Of a stretch of 64,000 nt of DNA, positions 21,399 to 31,125 are shown in pieces. The position numbers and the translations under genes are program-made. Source of the stretch: Trypanosoma brucei (Eukaryota); assembly GCA_000002445.1 (NCBI GenBank), contig AL929603.2:672001-736000 (forward strand). Direction: 5' to 3'. The notes below the pieces were generated by a model. That model was not told where the DNA came from and did not search any database. It was given only the letters and a program-made list of their open reading frames with translations. The first letter of the stretch is position 1. Each line of letters opens with the position of its first letter.

Positions 21399-22317
21399 TG
21401 TATACTCGGTCTCACCCACACATACTTCGTCATGTCATATCATTCCCTCAAATTTCCCCTCCCCTCCCCTCCACCTGCTTATTGCTACTATTATTACTAT
21501 TGTTGTTTCTGCTGTTCTTGTTGTTAGCGGTACTGGTGATGGTGGCGTTCTGTTCTGCCTGCTCGGCGTACTCTGAACTCGCTTCTTATATCACAGGAGG
21601 TGATGTTGAACAAAAACAAAAAAAAGTGCGCGCAGTAAGATAACTGTGTGTCGTTGCTATAGGTCTTTTATATGCGCGTAAGCTCTGAAGCAAATCACGT
21701 ACGTCTTTCATAGGTGGACGAGGGAGAGAAGGCAAGGGAGACAGGAGGAGAATGTAAATGCAAAAAGAAAAAAATTGATGTTTTCAGTGGTAATTGGATA
21801 CCCATATTAGTGCTTAGTATACTTGCATTCGTTCATTTGCTTATAGTTGTACCTATCCAGGACCGTGCCCAAGCCGGGGAAGGGAAGGGTACGATATGGT
21901 GAATCACTTTCTCATCCCCTACAGTACCATGAAAATGTGCGCACTATATCTTTCAGAAAGGCGGTAAACGCTTTAGTGAAACTATACCATCGTGCTTGAT
22001 ATAACTACTTTCCCCCCCCCGCCGCCCTCAGCACAGCTCCGCAGTTGTACTATCCATATCAACTCCTTGCTTTTATGCATAACTTTCATCTACATGCTTT
22101 TCCGCTCCTTCAAACAATTTACCATGCCGTTTTCACAAGTCTATCCCCCTTTCCTCGCCGTCTGAAGCCACTTCAAAGTCCCCGGCTCAGGCGCACTAAG
22201 AGTGAGAGGGGTTAGGGAAGGGCGTGAAGTGCTGCGAAAAGCACTGCTGGATAAGGAGCTGAGTGTACTTGTTCCAGCACGGCGGAAGAGAGAAGAGAAG
22301 AGAGGTAGCGGAACTGT

Positions 22318-24465
22318 ATGGCATACAGTGGTGCAGGGTTTCTCATTCTAAGGGCACAAATAGCATGGTGGCCACCGGCCGCAGAACTGCATCGGCACCC
22401 ACTCGACCCCAAAAGAACATTTTTCTCGGCTATCACTGATGGTGGAGTGTCTATTGGAGCGGGGAAACAGTTTGTATCCCTATCTCGGTTGGGAAAGAGC
22501 GTCGTACTTGGTGGCCGCCCCCTCATGAACTGCTCCTCCTCTCCGCCGTGCCTTCAGGTGTATGATCCATTCAGTGGTATGGAGATAACAGTTGCTTTCA
22601 AAGTTGAGGGAGGGCTTACTGAAGGAAGTAAACAATGCGTATTGGATGTTTCGACTCTCCGCGAATTTGTGAATGATGACAGAGTGAGGGTCACAGCAGC
22701 CCCACTGACAGCAGGTGTGCCGTTTCACCAGCTTCAAGAATTCCTGCAGTTAGACGAGGGTGAAGAAGAGAATGATGCCACGTGCGGAGAGCACCACGGC
22801 GGTCACAGAAATCATGACAATGGCTTTGCAAATCGTCCCGGTAATTATCATAGCTTATTTGGCGATCGGTATCTTGGGGTGGCGCTGCGGCACATCACGC
22901 ACCGGCTTAAGTGCTCTCCGCGACCCGCTGTGTGTTCGGTTCTCTTCAGCGGGGAACACGGTGTGGGTAAAACATATGCGGTGCGCCGGCTGCTAGAACT
23001 TGTGCCCCCAGTTGTTGACATTTGTGGTTGTCCCCATTTGGTGGAACGTCGGGAAATGAGCATTGCGGCGCTGCTCCTGTTGAGCGAACAGGAAGCCGTA
23101 GCCACAGTCCAGGCAGTCTTCACTCCCCCATTGGTCGAGGCGCATCATGACAGTGGAAACCGCGTTAACGGTGCTGAACCGTGTGGTGTGCTCCTGCTCG
23201 TAACTCTTGATCGGATTGACCTGTTGGTTTCCGCCGCCAACTCACTGGTGGCGCTCGTAACACACCAGTTGTGCATGGTATTGGATGAACTGCAACACGG
23301 AGTGGGTGAGGGGGGAGGACGTATAGTGGTGACACTGGCAACGGCTGAAAGTACGAAATCAATTCCAACCGCACTGCTCGCTCGTCTGGGACAACGCCTA
23401 GTGAATTTGGCGCACCCCACATTGTCAGAGCGGCTGCGTTTTATTAGGACTACTTGCAATGACGCTGATAACTTGCGATCTTACTCACCCTGTGTTCTGG
23501 AACGAGCTGCAGAAGCGTTGAGTGGTCGGACTGCCGCCGAGCTGCAGGCAATGAAAGTGGACGAGGTCCTCCAGCTGCTGGAACGTGAAGCAGCCCTCCA
23601 CCGCAAGCACGAGCCCTTCGCCAAGAACAGTGTTACCGACGTACCCGATGAGTATCGCGGGCTGGTTGGTTTGTCCGATATCATCCGCGAGGTGGAGGAG
23701 TTGGTGGTGTGGCCGCTGCAGCAGCGAAAGCTGCTCAGCCGCTGCGGTGTCCAACCCCAAAAGGGGCTTGTAGTGTATGGTCCTCCGGGTTCTGGGAAGA
23801 CGGCATTGCTGACGCGGCTGGCACGGCGACTGAAGAGTGCGCGGGTGCACGTGCTCCTAGTGGACGGACTTTCACTGATCGAGAAGGAGGTCGGGCGGAC
23901 GGAGAAGAACATTGCCTCGTTGTTTGCAGCTGCTCGGGCGACCTCACCCACGGCGCTCTTTCTTGATAATATCGATAGCCTCGCCCCACCACGTGGACGA
24001 GAGACAGGGGAGGTGTCTACCACAGCGGACCGCAGCCTCAGTACTCTGCTGACGGAAATGGACGGTATCGGAGGGGGCCACACTGGAAGTGACGTTCCTC
24101 TCGTCTTTGTCGTTGCCGCCGCATCAAACCCAGAGGCACTGGATGCAGCCATAAGTCGGCCCGGGCGGCTGGACCTTCACATTACCTTGCCTCTTCCAAC
24201 CATAGAAGCCCTCCAACAGCACATTGTGAGACGTCTGGTTGAAGCTGTGGAGGCGTGCGACGAAGCTGAGGCGATTACTGCTGACTTCATTGCTAATGTT
24301 GATGCATATGTGATGCGGTGGTTGGGCCGGTCTCCGAGCGCGACAGTGGCGGACGCCAACGACTTTGTGCGGCATATTTTGCTGCGTGTCGTAGTGGAGC
24401 CTGAAGGTGTGCCAGGGGCGAAAGATCGCCTTCTAGAATGTTTTACAAAGGTCCTTCCACTGTAG
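22318..24465 (+). CDS. type-II AAA+ family protein (two AAA modules); both Walker-B motifs lack the catalytic Glu
   Basis: D1 Walker A 'GEHGVGKT'. D2 Walker A 'GPPGSGKT'. D2 sensor-1 and SRH 'VFVVAAASNPEALDAAISRPGRLD'. D2 aligns residue-for-residue with the p97 D2 domain. Walker B is 'LFLDNID' in D2 and 'LVTLDRID' in D1. Confidence 0.7.
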   Translation: MAYSGAGFLILRAQIAWWPPAAELHRHPLDPKRTFFSAITDGGVSIGAGKQFVSLSRLGKSVVLGGRPLMNCSSSPPCLQVYDPFSGMEITVAFKVEGGLTEGSKQCVLDVSTLREFVNDDRVRVTAAPLTAGVPFHQLQEFLQLDEGEEENDATCGEHHGGHRNHDNGFANRPGNYHSLFGDRYLGVALRHITHRLKCSPRPAVCSVLFSGEHGVGKTYAVRRLLELVPPVVDICGCPHLVERREMSIAALLLLSEQEAVATVQAVFTPPLVEAHHDSGNRVNGAEPCGVLLLVTLDRIDLLVSAANSLVALVTHQLCMVLDELQHGVGEGGGRIVVTLATAESTKSIPTALLARLGQRLVNLAHPTLSERLRFIRTTCNDADNLRSYSPCVLERAAEALSGRTAAELQAMKVDEVLQLLEREAALHRKHEPFAKNSVTDVPDEYRGLVGLSDIIREVEELVVWPLQQRKLLSRCGVQPQKGLVVYGPPGSGKTALLTRLARRLKSARVHVLLVDGLSLIEKEVGRTEKNIASLFAAARATSPTALFLDNIDSLAPPRGRETGEVSTTADRSLSTLLTEMDGIGGGHTGSDVPLVFVVAAASNPEALDAAISRPGRLDLHITLPLPTIEALQQHIVRRLVEAVEACDEAEAITADFIANVDAYVMRWLGRSPSATVADANDFVRHILLRVVVEPEGVPGAKDRLLECFTKVLPL

Positions 24466-25024
24466 TGTTGCGAGTTGGTTCCAGTCTCTTCCTTACGTCC
24501 TGGTGGTTCTATACACATACTGGCCCAGTACACGTCATCGCGCCGCCTTGACCTCAACCGCGTCCACCTGATCGCCCATGTCGATCACACTTTCCTTATT
24601 GTCGATTGATCTCCACGCGTATGGCGCTATTGTTCGGACCTATTGTGTTCTCGGCTGGCCTTGTGGCTTGCTGCATTACGCACTTTTACACACCATACCG
24701 CCGCCTGGACAAGCTGGCGCATCCCGCATAACATGTGACTCGTTTGTTTTCTCATTTATGTTAGCAAGTTCTTCACTTCGAATTTTCTTTTTTTTTATGC
24801 TTTAGGTTGTGGTATCACCAGTTCATTGGTGAAATAGGTGCTCTGCAGCCAGGCCGGGGCTGGGAAGGGCAAACAAAAACTGGAAAAAAGCAAAGGGAAT
24901 TGCACGTGGAGGGGAAACCAGCTTGGCTTCGTGGGGCTCTTTCTCGTGGGTCTGCACGCGCGTATACATATATTTGACTAGCATCGTCCGTTTAAAGGAA
25001 GTTTGATTGAGGTAAGTTACAAGG

Positions 25025-28000
25025 ATGGCCGCAGTTCAGAGGAATTCTTTGAAGGAGTCACGGCTGCAGACGCGCCTAGCTGCTCGGCAACAGCAATTAC
25101 TGGCCACCTTTCAGGAAAATGTAGAGAAATTTAGCAACGAGCTTCACACGGAGCAGCAACAGAAGTTAGAGATGCTGAAGCAAAGCTTGCACGACAGTCA
25201 CGAAAACTGTACTAAAATGTTAGAACAGGAGTTACAACGTGCTGAGGCGCATCGGGTGTTCCTCCAAAAGTACGAAGGGGATTATGCGCAAGCCACCACC
25301 TCCCCTACCACTGAAGGAGCTACAATGGAACCCTTAATCGACTGCTATCACGGTGCCGGTGAAGGGTTCGCGGAAAGCAAAAAACGTATGGCTGAAGAAC
25401 GGTACCGACTTGTTAGCATGGCAGTGACTTTACGCTACTCATACCAGGAAAGGGTGGAAACCATTATCGGATGTAACGAGGGTTTACAAGAGTGTGAAGA
25501 ACGATGCCGTACGTGGCTGCAGCAAGCCCTCTTCGATGTTATACTCTCTATGGCTAAAATTGGTTATTCCAGTGTATCGGCGTCACAGGTCCTGGCACAG
25601 CGGGTGATTCACAGCAGCAACGAAAGTTTCTATAGAACACATGCAGCGTATAAGACGCTTCTTCTTCAGCTACAATCCCGAGAGCTGCTGAAACAGCGGG
25701 TGTATGCTCGTCAGATGGCGTTGCTGTACAACAACACCCTACAGAACATGGAACGTAGCAGTTCGCTTTGGGCCGCGACGCTGCTGCACACAGATTCGTT
25801 TCGTCGGCCGAAATACCGCGAAAGTCTACTGCAACACATGGGCAAGCTCATCGCTGACATGCACCGCGACGGCGTAGAGTTCCTCAATAACATCGGGTGC
25901 ATTTTGCAGTCGTTGAGGCGCGCCCGAGACCCACTGCCCAACGAGTGTGGGCAAACATGCGGTGGCACTATGCATGACGGTTGGCTGCGCGGCTTTGACG
26001 GAGGGCTCTTCTCTCCCGTTTTCGTCCCGTCTGCACCTGAAGACGTAACTGTGGAGTGGCGGGTTAAAGCTAATGTGTTGGTGCGTCATGCCATCGCTCA
26101 GGGAGTATTGGTTATGAATGAGGTGCAAGAGGCGGAAGAGCAGCTGCGCCAGGGGGCAAATGCGATCTACACACAATTGGCGCAGGTCCTGCGCTGGATC
26201 CACGAGCCTGATCCAGAAACAGGAGAAGCGCTCTCGTGGGCAACAGCATCGCTGCAGGAACGGGATGCAATCTATATCCCATTTACCACACTTAACTCTC
26301 CGCGGCTTTCTAAGTGTATGGCCGCGAATGAGGCACTTCTGACGCCATTGCTGGTGGTTATCCAAGCAGAAAGCGATTGGTTTGTCACCACTGTAGACGA
26401 GGAACTCTGTAGGTGCCAGAACACGTTGGAAAGCATTCTTCTTACAGATTCCCACAGCGTGTTGCAAATGTTTGACGGCGCAACGAAGAAACTAGGGCAA
26501 ACAGTAGAAGCGGCTGTTGGTTTCACACGCTCTCAGCTTGTTACGCTATATGAGGCACGCAAGGACCACGAAGATAACCTGCGCTACTTAGAAGAAGAGT
26601 TCACAAGTGCGCAAATGGATGTGCAAATAGCCACCACGCCACAGGCGGCAGAAAAATACTTCGTCGAGGGACTGAAAATCTTAGACCGCATTAATGTGAC
26701 GCACAGAACCTTCCACCGCAACACAGTCGAGGCGCTACAACAACTGGAAAGTGAAGGCGTGGCGGTGACGGAGCAGCAGTGTAAGGGGTTGCTACGACTC
26801 CTGGGATTAGAGAGCGAATCCACGCGGGCGCAACGCTTGAAGGAAGAACGTATTGCCGCTGCAATGGCGGCGGCCGAGGCGGCGGCGAAAAAATCTCGTG
26901 GCAAAGAGGCAAAAACATTTGAGGAATTCTACGAAGAAATGGAAGAGGCCGAGGAGGAGGCTGAGCAACCCAACTACCCAACCATTGTTGCTGATGACGG
27001 GGAGCTATACCTTGTTGTCTCAGCCACACGCCTTGTGGAGCATGGCCCGGGCGACGGACACGGGGAGCGCTCTGAGAGGTCGACTCCCCACTCCCGCACA
27101 TCAACTCCAAAGGGTCGTCTCAGAAAGACATCGAAAAGTCAGAAGGCAAAAGTCAATCAACAGTCGGCAACAAAGTTATCCGGAAATAAAAGACGCTTGC
27201 CGATGCGGGCGGCGCGCCAACACGGACATTCCGACAGCGAACCCCCTCCAGCACCGCAGCCGTCCACATCACCTGCGTTCGTGGTGGCGTATAGACAGTT
27301 GTTGGATAGGGTGCTTCAGGAGCAGTTAATTGCCGAGGAAGGTCAGCCAGGAGGTCAGTCTGAAGACACTAATGCCACCGGCTCTTCTGGAAACGTAGTT
27401 ATCGTGCAAAGGGCACAACTGTCCACCGCCGCTGTGGACGAATGGCGTGAAATGCTTCGACGCGAAGTGCTTAACTGGACGGTGCATCTGCGACAGGCAA
27501 CCGCTGAGTATCTTCGGAAGCAGTGCCTCGAGAAAAAATTGGAGGTCGATGCTGAGACAAATGAGGCACTAAGACGCAACCGTCGACGACCAGCGGCACT
27601 GCAAGCTGGTACATATGAATTGCGGGTGCGTGAGCTCCAGTGCACAATCGATTCGATTGGGAAGCAAGGCGTGCGGATAAGGCACATGCACAAGCGGTTG
27701 CTAGAGTCGTGCCGCGCGGCTCTTAACACTGAAGATGGCAGCCAAGACCCCTTTTCGCAGGACGACAGTGAAGTGGCCGATGCTAAACTGTTCGCAGAGT
27801 TGGAGAAACTTCAGGGTATGATACCTGCTGCTACCTCCGTGGGAATGCTCACAGGGCAGGAGCGTATCTTTTCAAATCTCATTAGCACAGCACTGGAACA
27901 GCGGGAAGCACACTATTCACGCACAATAGGCGGTATTGTTCAGCAGGGAGACGCTCTAGAACAGTCGATCCGCTCATATCTCCGGAGTTTCGCCGTGACC

Positions 28001-30331
28001 CTTCCCGCCGATATTGAAGAGCTCCGTCTGGCCTCGCTAGCGGAGAATGCAAAGAAGGAGGCAGAGCTTGCTGAGCTAGAAGCAAACGCTAAGGGTCAGA
28101 AAAAGGGAGGCGATCGTCCAAAGAAAAAGAAAGGAGGGAAGAAATCGGCTTCGAAGGAAGCGGTGGAGGAAAAGGCGAACAAAACGGAGGATGAGGCAGC
28201 GGATGGTGCACAAGGGGAGAAACCAAATGAAATGATCGAGTTACTGCTTGAAGCCCTCAATGAAATAGAAAGGGTCAAACAAACCATTGCCGAACGCAGA
28301 GAAATACAAATACAGCGCGTGGAGGAGGCGCGTGCCAGATACATGGCCGCGTTCCAACAAAATATTGGTGAAATGGAAACATTCTCCCAACTGCAGGAGC
28401 TTATCGCGCGACTCAAGTTGCAGGTGCACTCACTAATCGTTCAATCAGAGGCGAAGGAAGCAAAGATTGACTCCATGCTAAAGGAACTGGAAGAATTAAC
28501 CGCGGAAGAACCCACTCTACCGGCATTTACCAATAAGCTAAAAGGTGTACTAAATGGGGAGTGGGGCGATCAAACAGAGCCCACAAGCATGGGCAGCCGT
28601 GTAACGAGTGCGGAGGAATTCAGGAGTAGTAGTCCGAAAGAGGGTGAGGTTGCCCAAGTTGAAAAGTTTGTAGAGGATTCGAAGGCTGCGGAACAAGAAT
28701 TGCCCGGGTTGTTATCCGCTGCTGTGGCAGATTTGCAAAGTGAAGTCCGTGGTAGTGAAGTGGTGCGTATCCTTAAGCTTCTTGACAAGATGAGAACCAG
28801 ACTGTACGCACGCGGCCGACTCCTCGATTGTTTACAGAACGGTATAGAGCTTTTTAATGTACCCCAAGATCGATTTGTGGAAGCGCAGTCGGTCTCTCGA
28901 GCTGGAATGGGGACAGACGAGGCGCGGGCTTCAAACGCCACTCCCTCACCCAACCAAACGCCGCCAGTGTCCCGACCGCAGCGGAGGTCACGAGCAAATA
29001 CCTCAGCCTTGAAGGGGCCGGAATTGCAATACCCGCCTCTGGAACTACCCGAAGTGAAACCCATAGCAGTGCAGATGCAAGAATGGAAAGACGAAATGAG
29101 GACACAGGCAACCTCTCTGCTAGAGCCCCATTTTGCCTCCTTCCCACCACCGCTATTGCGACGACTTCCTGGAATGACAAATGGTGAGATAGAGGACGTC
29201 CTGTTAGTGTTGTACCAGCAATTTGATGGTTTGGAACAGCGCTCGCAGCAGCACGTGAAGCAGGCAGTTGGGACCTACCGGGAACAGATTGAGCGCTTGA
29301 ACTCCGTGCTGAAAAAGGTGCCCGCTCATTTGGTCGCCTCCACGTACCAAGTTTCTGCGCGAGCGCTTGAGCGGCGCGTCAAAGTTATAATGGAAGTTTT
29401 TCTGAAGCTGCACGACAAGTCCAACGCACTACGCAGGAAACACGAAGGCTCCATGCGGACAACCCTTGCATCCAATGCGAACTTTTCCAGAATGCATACT
29501 ATACGTGATGCTGAGAACATGCGGCAGGCTGAAGCACAAAGACTCATCGAAAATTTCTGGGTGCTTGTACAGCGTGAAGTGGATGAAGAGGCTTCCATGC
29601 ATTCTGGGCGGAACATCAGCGTAAACAACAGTTTCTTTGCAATAATGCGCGGTATTGTAACACCGCAGCACCTGAAGCCCCCCAGCGAGGAGCCGAAACA
29701 CAAGGGGCTGCGCCGACTTTTGCAGCTCAAAGCGCAGTTAACGATGCCTACGCCCAGGCGAGAGCGCAGGCTGCAGGAAACAATGCCGCGGCATGCACAC
29801 AACGCAGGAAAGGGTGCTGCCAATGCGGACGCCGCTGGAAAGTCATCAGAGCCTCAGGACACCACCAAGGGGCCACTGCCGCTGCTGCAAATTCCGGATA
29901 AGGAATATAACTGCGTTATTGCCGGTGATAGTCAGAAACTGCAGCTAGCCGGGGGTGGGGTCCGCGTGTCGCCAGACACCACTACCATTGCCATCCAGGG
30001 GGCGGCTGGAACATCAGCTAAACCGAATCAAGCTGCAATTATGACGCCATCAACAACGTCGGCGACGGGGTTAAGCGAAAATGAACGTCAAGGGACTGTC
30101 TCAGTTACGATTGTGGGTCCGGGAACTAAATTGCACAAAGAGGCAGCGGAGCTTACGCTGCGGTCGGTGGATCTCTTTAATCAGCGGTCAGTAGGAGCTG
30201 GCGCTGTCATCAATGGTGCATTCCGCAAGTGGACGGGGCAGGAGGAAATGTGTTCAAAGGTGTGGAAGGCCTCGTTCGCGCGCTTCAGAAAATCGGGTGG
30301 CTCAACATCACTTTTTGGTTCTTCCCGCTGA
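25025..30331 (+). CDS. large coiled-coil protein (hypothetical, 1768 aa)
   Basis: Uninterrupted 5.3-kb ORF with an ATG start. It has long heptad-like E/Q/K/R/L-rich segments and a basic K-rich cluster. No enzymatic motif is recognisable. Confidence 0.6.
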   Translation: MAAVQRNSLKESRLQTRLAARQQQLLATFQENVEKFSNELHTEQQQKLEMLKQSLHDSHENCTKMLEQELQRAEAHRVFLQKYEGDYAQATTSPTTEGATMEPLIDCYHGAGEGFAESKKRMAEERYRLVSMAVTLRYSYQERVETIIGCNEGLQECEERCRTWLQQALFDVILSMAKIGYSSVSASQVLAQRVIHSSNESFYRTHAAYKTLLLQLQSRELLKQRVYARQMALLYNNTLQNMERSSSLWAATLLHTDSFRRPKYRESLLQHMGKLIADMHRDGVEFLNNIGCILQSLRRARDPLPNECGQTCGGTMHDGWLRGFDGGLFSPVFVPSAPEDVTVEWRVKANVLVRHAIAQGVLVMNEVQEAEEQLRQGANAIYTQLAQVLRWIHEPDPETGEALSWATASLQERDAIYIPFTTLNSPRLSKCMAANEALLTPLLVVIQAESDWFVTTVDEELCRCQNTLESILLTDSHSVLQMFDGATKKLGQTVEAAVGFTRSQLVTLYEARKDHEDNLRYLEEEFTSAQMDVQIATTPQAAEKYFVEGLKILDRINVTHRTFHRNTVEALQQLESEGVAVTEQQCKGLLRLLGLESESTRAQRLKEERIAAAMAAAEAAAKKSRGKEAKTFEEFYEEMEEAEEEAEQPNYPTIVADDGELYLVVSATRLVEHGPGDGHGERSERSTPHSRTSTPKGRLRKTSKSQKAKVNQQSATKLSGNKRRLPMRAARQHGHSDSEPPPAPQPSTSPAFVVAYRQLLDRVLQEQLIAEEGQPGGQSEDTNATGSSGNVVIVQRAQLSTAAVDEWREMLRREVLNWTVHLRQATAEYLRKQCLEKKLEVDAETNEALRRNRRRPAALQAGTYELRVRELQCTIDSIGKQGVRIRHMHKRLLESCRAALNTEDGSQDPFSQDDSEVADAKLFAELEKLQGMIPAATSVGMLTGQERIFSNLISTALEQREAHYSRTIGGIVQQGDALEQSIRSYLRSFAVTLPADIEELRLASLAENAKKEAELAELEANAKGQKKGGDRPKKKKGGKKSASKEAVEEKANKTEDEAADGAQGEKPNEMIELLLEALNEIERVKQTIAERREIQIQRVEEARARYMAAFQQNIGEMETFSQLQELIARLKLQVHSLIVQSEAKEAKIDSMLKELEELTAEEPTLPAFTNKLKGVLNGEWGDQTEPTSMGSRVTSAEEFRSSSPKEGEVAQVEKFVEDSKAAEQELPGLLSAAVADLQSEVRGSEVVRILKLLDKMRTRLYARGRLLDCLQNGIELFNVPQDRFVEAQSVSRAGMGTDEARASNATPSPNQTPPVSRPQRRSRANTSALKGPELQYPPLELPEVKPIAVQMQEWKDEMRTQATSLLEPHFASFPPPLLRRLPGMTNGEIEDVLLVLYQQFDGLEQRSQQHVKQAVGTYREQIERLNSVLKKVPAHLVASTYQVSARALERRVKVIMEVFLKLHDKSNALRRKHEGSMRTTLASNANFSRMHTIRDAENMRQAEAQRLIENFWVLVQREVDEEASMHSGRNISVNNSFFAIMRGIVTPQHLKPPSEEPKHKGLRRLLQLKAQLTMPTPRRERRLQETMPRHAHNAGKGAANADAAGKSSEPQDTTKGPLPLLQIPDKEYNCVIAGDSQKLQLAGGGVRVSPDTTTIAIQGAAGTSAKPNQAAIMTPSTTSATGLSENERQGTVSVTIVGPGTKLHKEAAELTLRSVDLFNQRSVGAGAVINGAFRKWTGQEEMCSKVWKASFARFRKSGGSTSLFGSSR

Positions 30332-31125
30332 CGCGATGTAGCGAGGGGTGAGAGAAAGAAAAAATGGACTGACGCACGGGGAGAAGGGAAATACCCACCA
30401 TGTTGACGACATCGCCATTAGCCCAGTCGGTAGGCTGCAGTGGGTAGCGAAAGAAGCAGTGCCTACAAACTTTTCCTGTGAATGTTTGTGTGCACCTTGG
30501 AAATGATGTTTTTGCTGCGGTGCTAGCAGCCATCACCCAGACATTCATGCCGCTAGCGTTGGTATAAGTGGGAAAGATCAAAAACGAACAGGATAATATG
30601 GTATAGGTGCGTGTGGGACCTAACCTTGGCTACTTTGAAAAACGTTGTTGCAGTGACGCGGCAAGGGCAACTGAATGCCTATTGGGACACCACTCAAATG
30701 CTCAATGTATTCTTCTAGCGTCCGCTACACCGCTCATCCCTCAACCTCCTATCACCTTTATTCACGATCATGGTTTATGTACATTTGCTCACTCTGAACT
30801 CGTGAGGGCTTCATTCCTTCCCCGTTTTCCCCCTTCACACTCCTCCACGTGCACTCTGCTTTTTCACCCACGGTTATCTTCAGTGCTTACGCTTACGTTG
30901 TTCTCTCTCCTCTTACTCTTCTTCATTCCTACCCCTTGTTCAACCTTTACTTTCGTCATTACTAGTATTTTTCCACTAGCGCGCACAGGTATTGGTTAAA
31001 AATACAAACAAACCAAAGTTAAGGTTTACACCTTATATTTTGGGACATCCCTAATAGGCGCATACGCACATATATACGCAAAACCCTTCCCCTCTTCCTT
31101 ATTCCCACGAGTTCGGCTTGTCACC

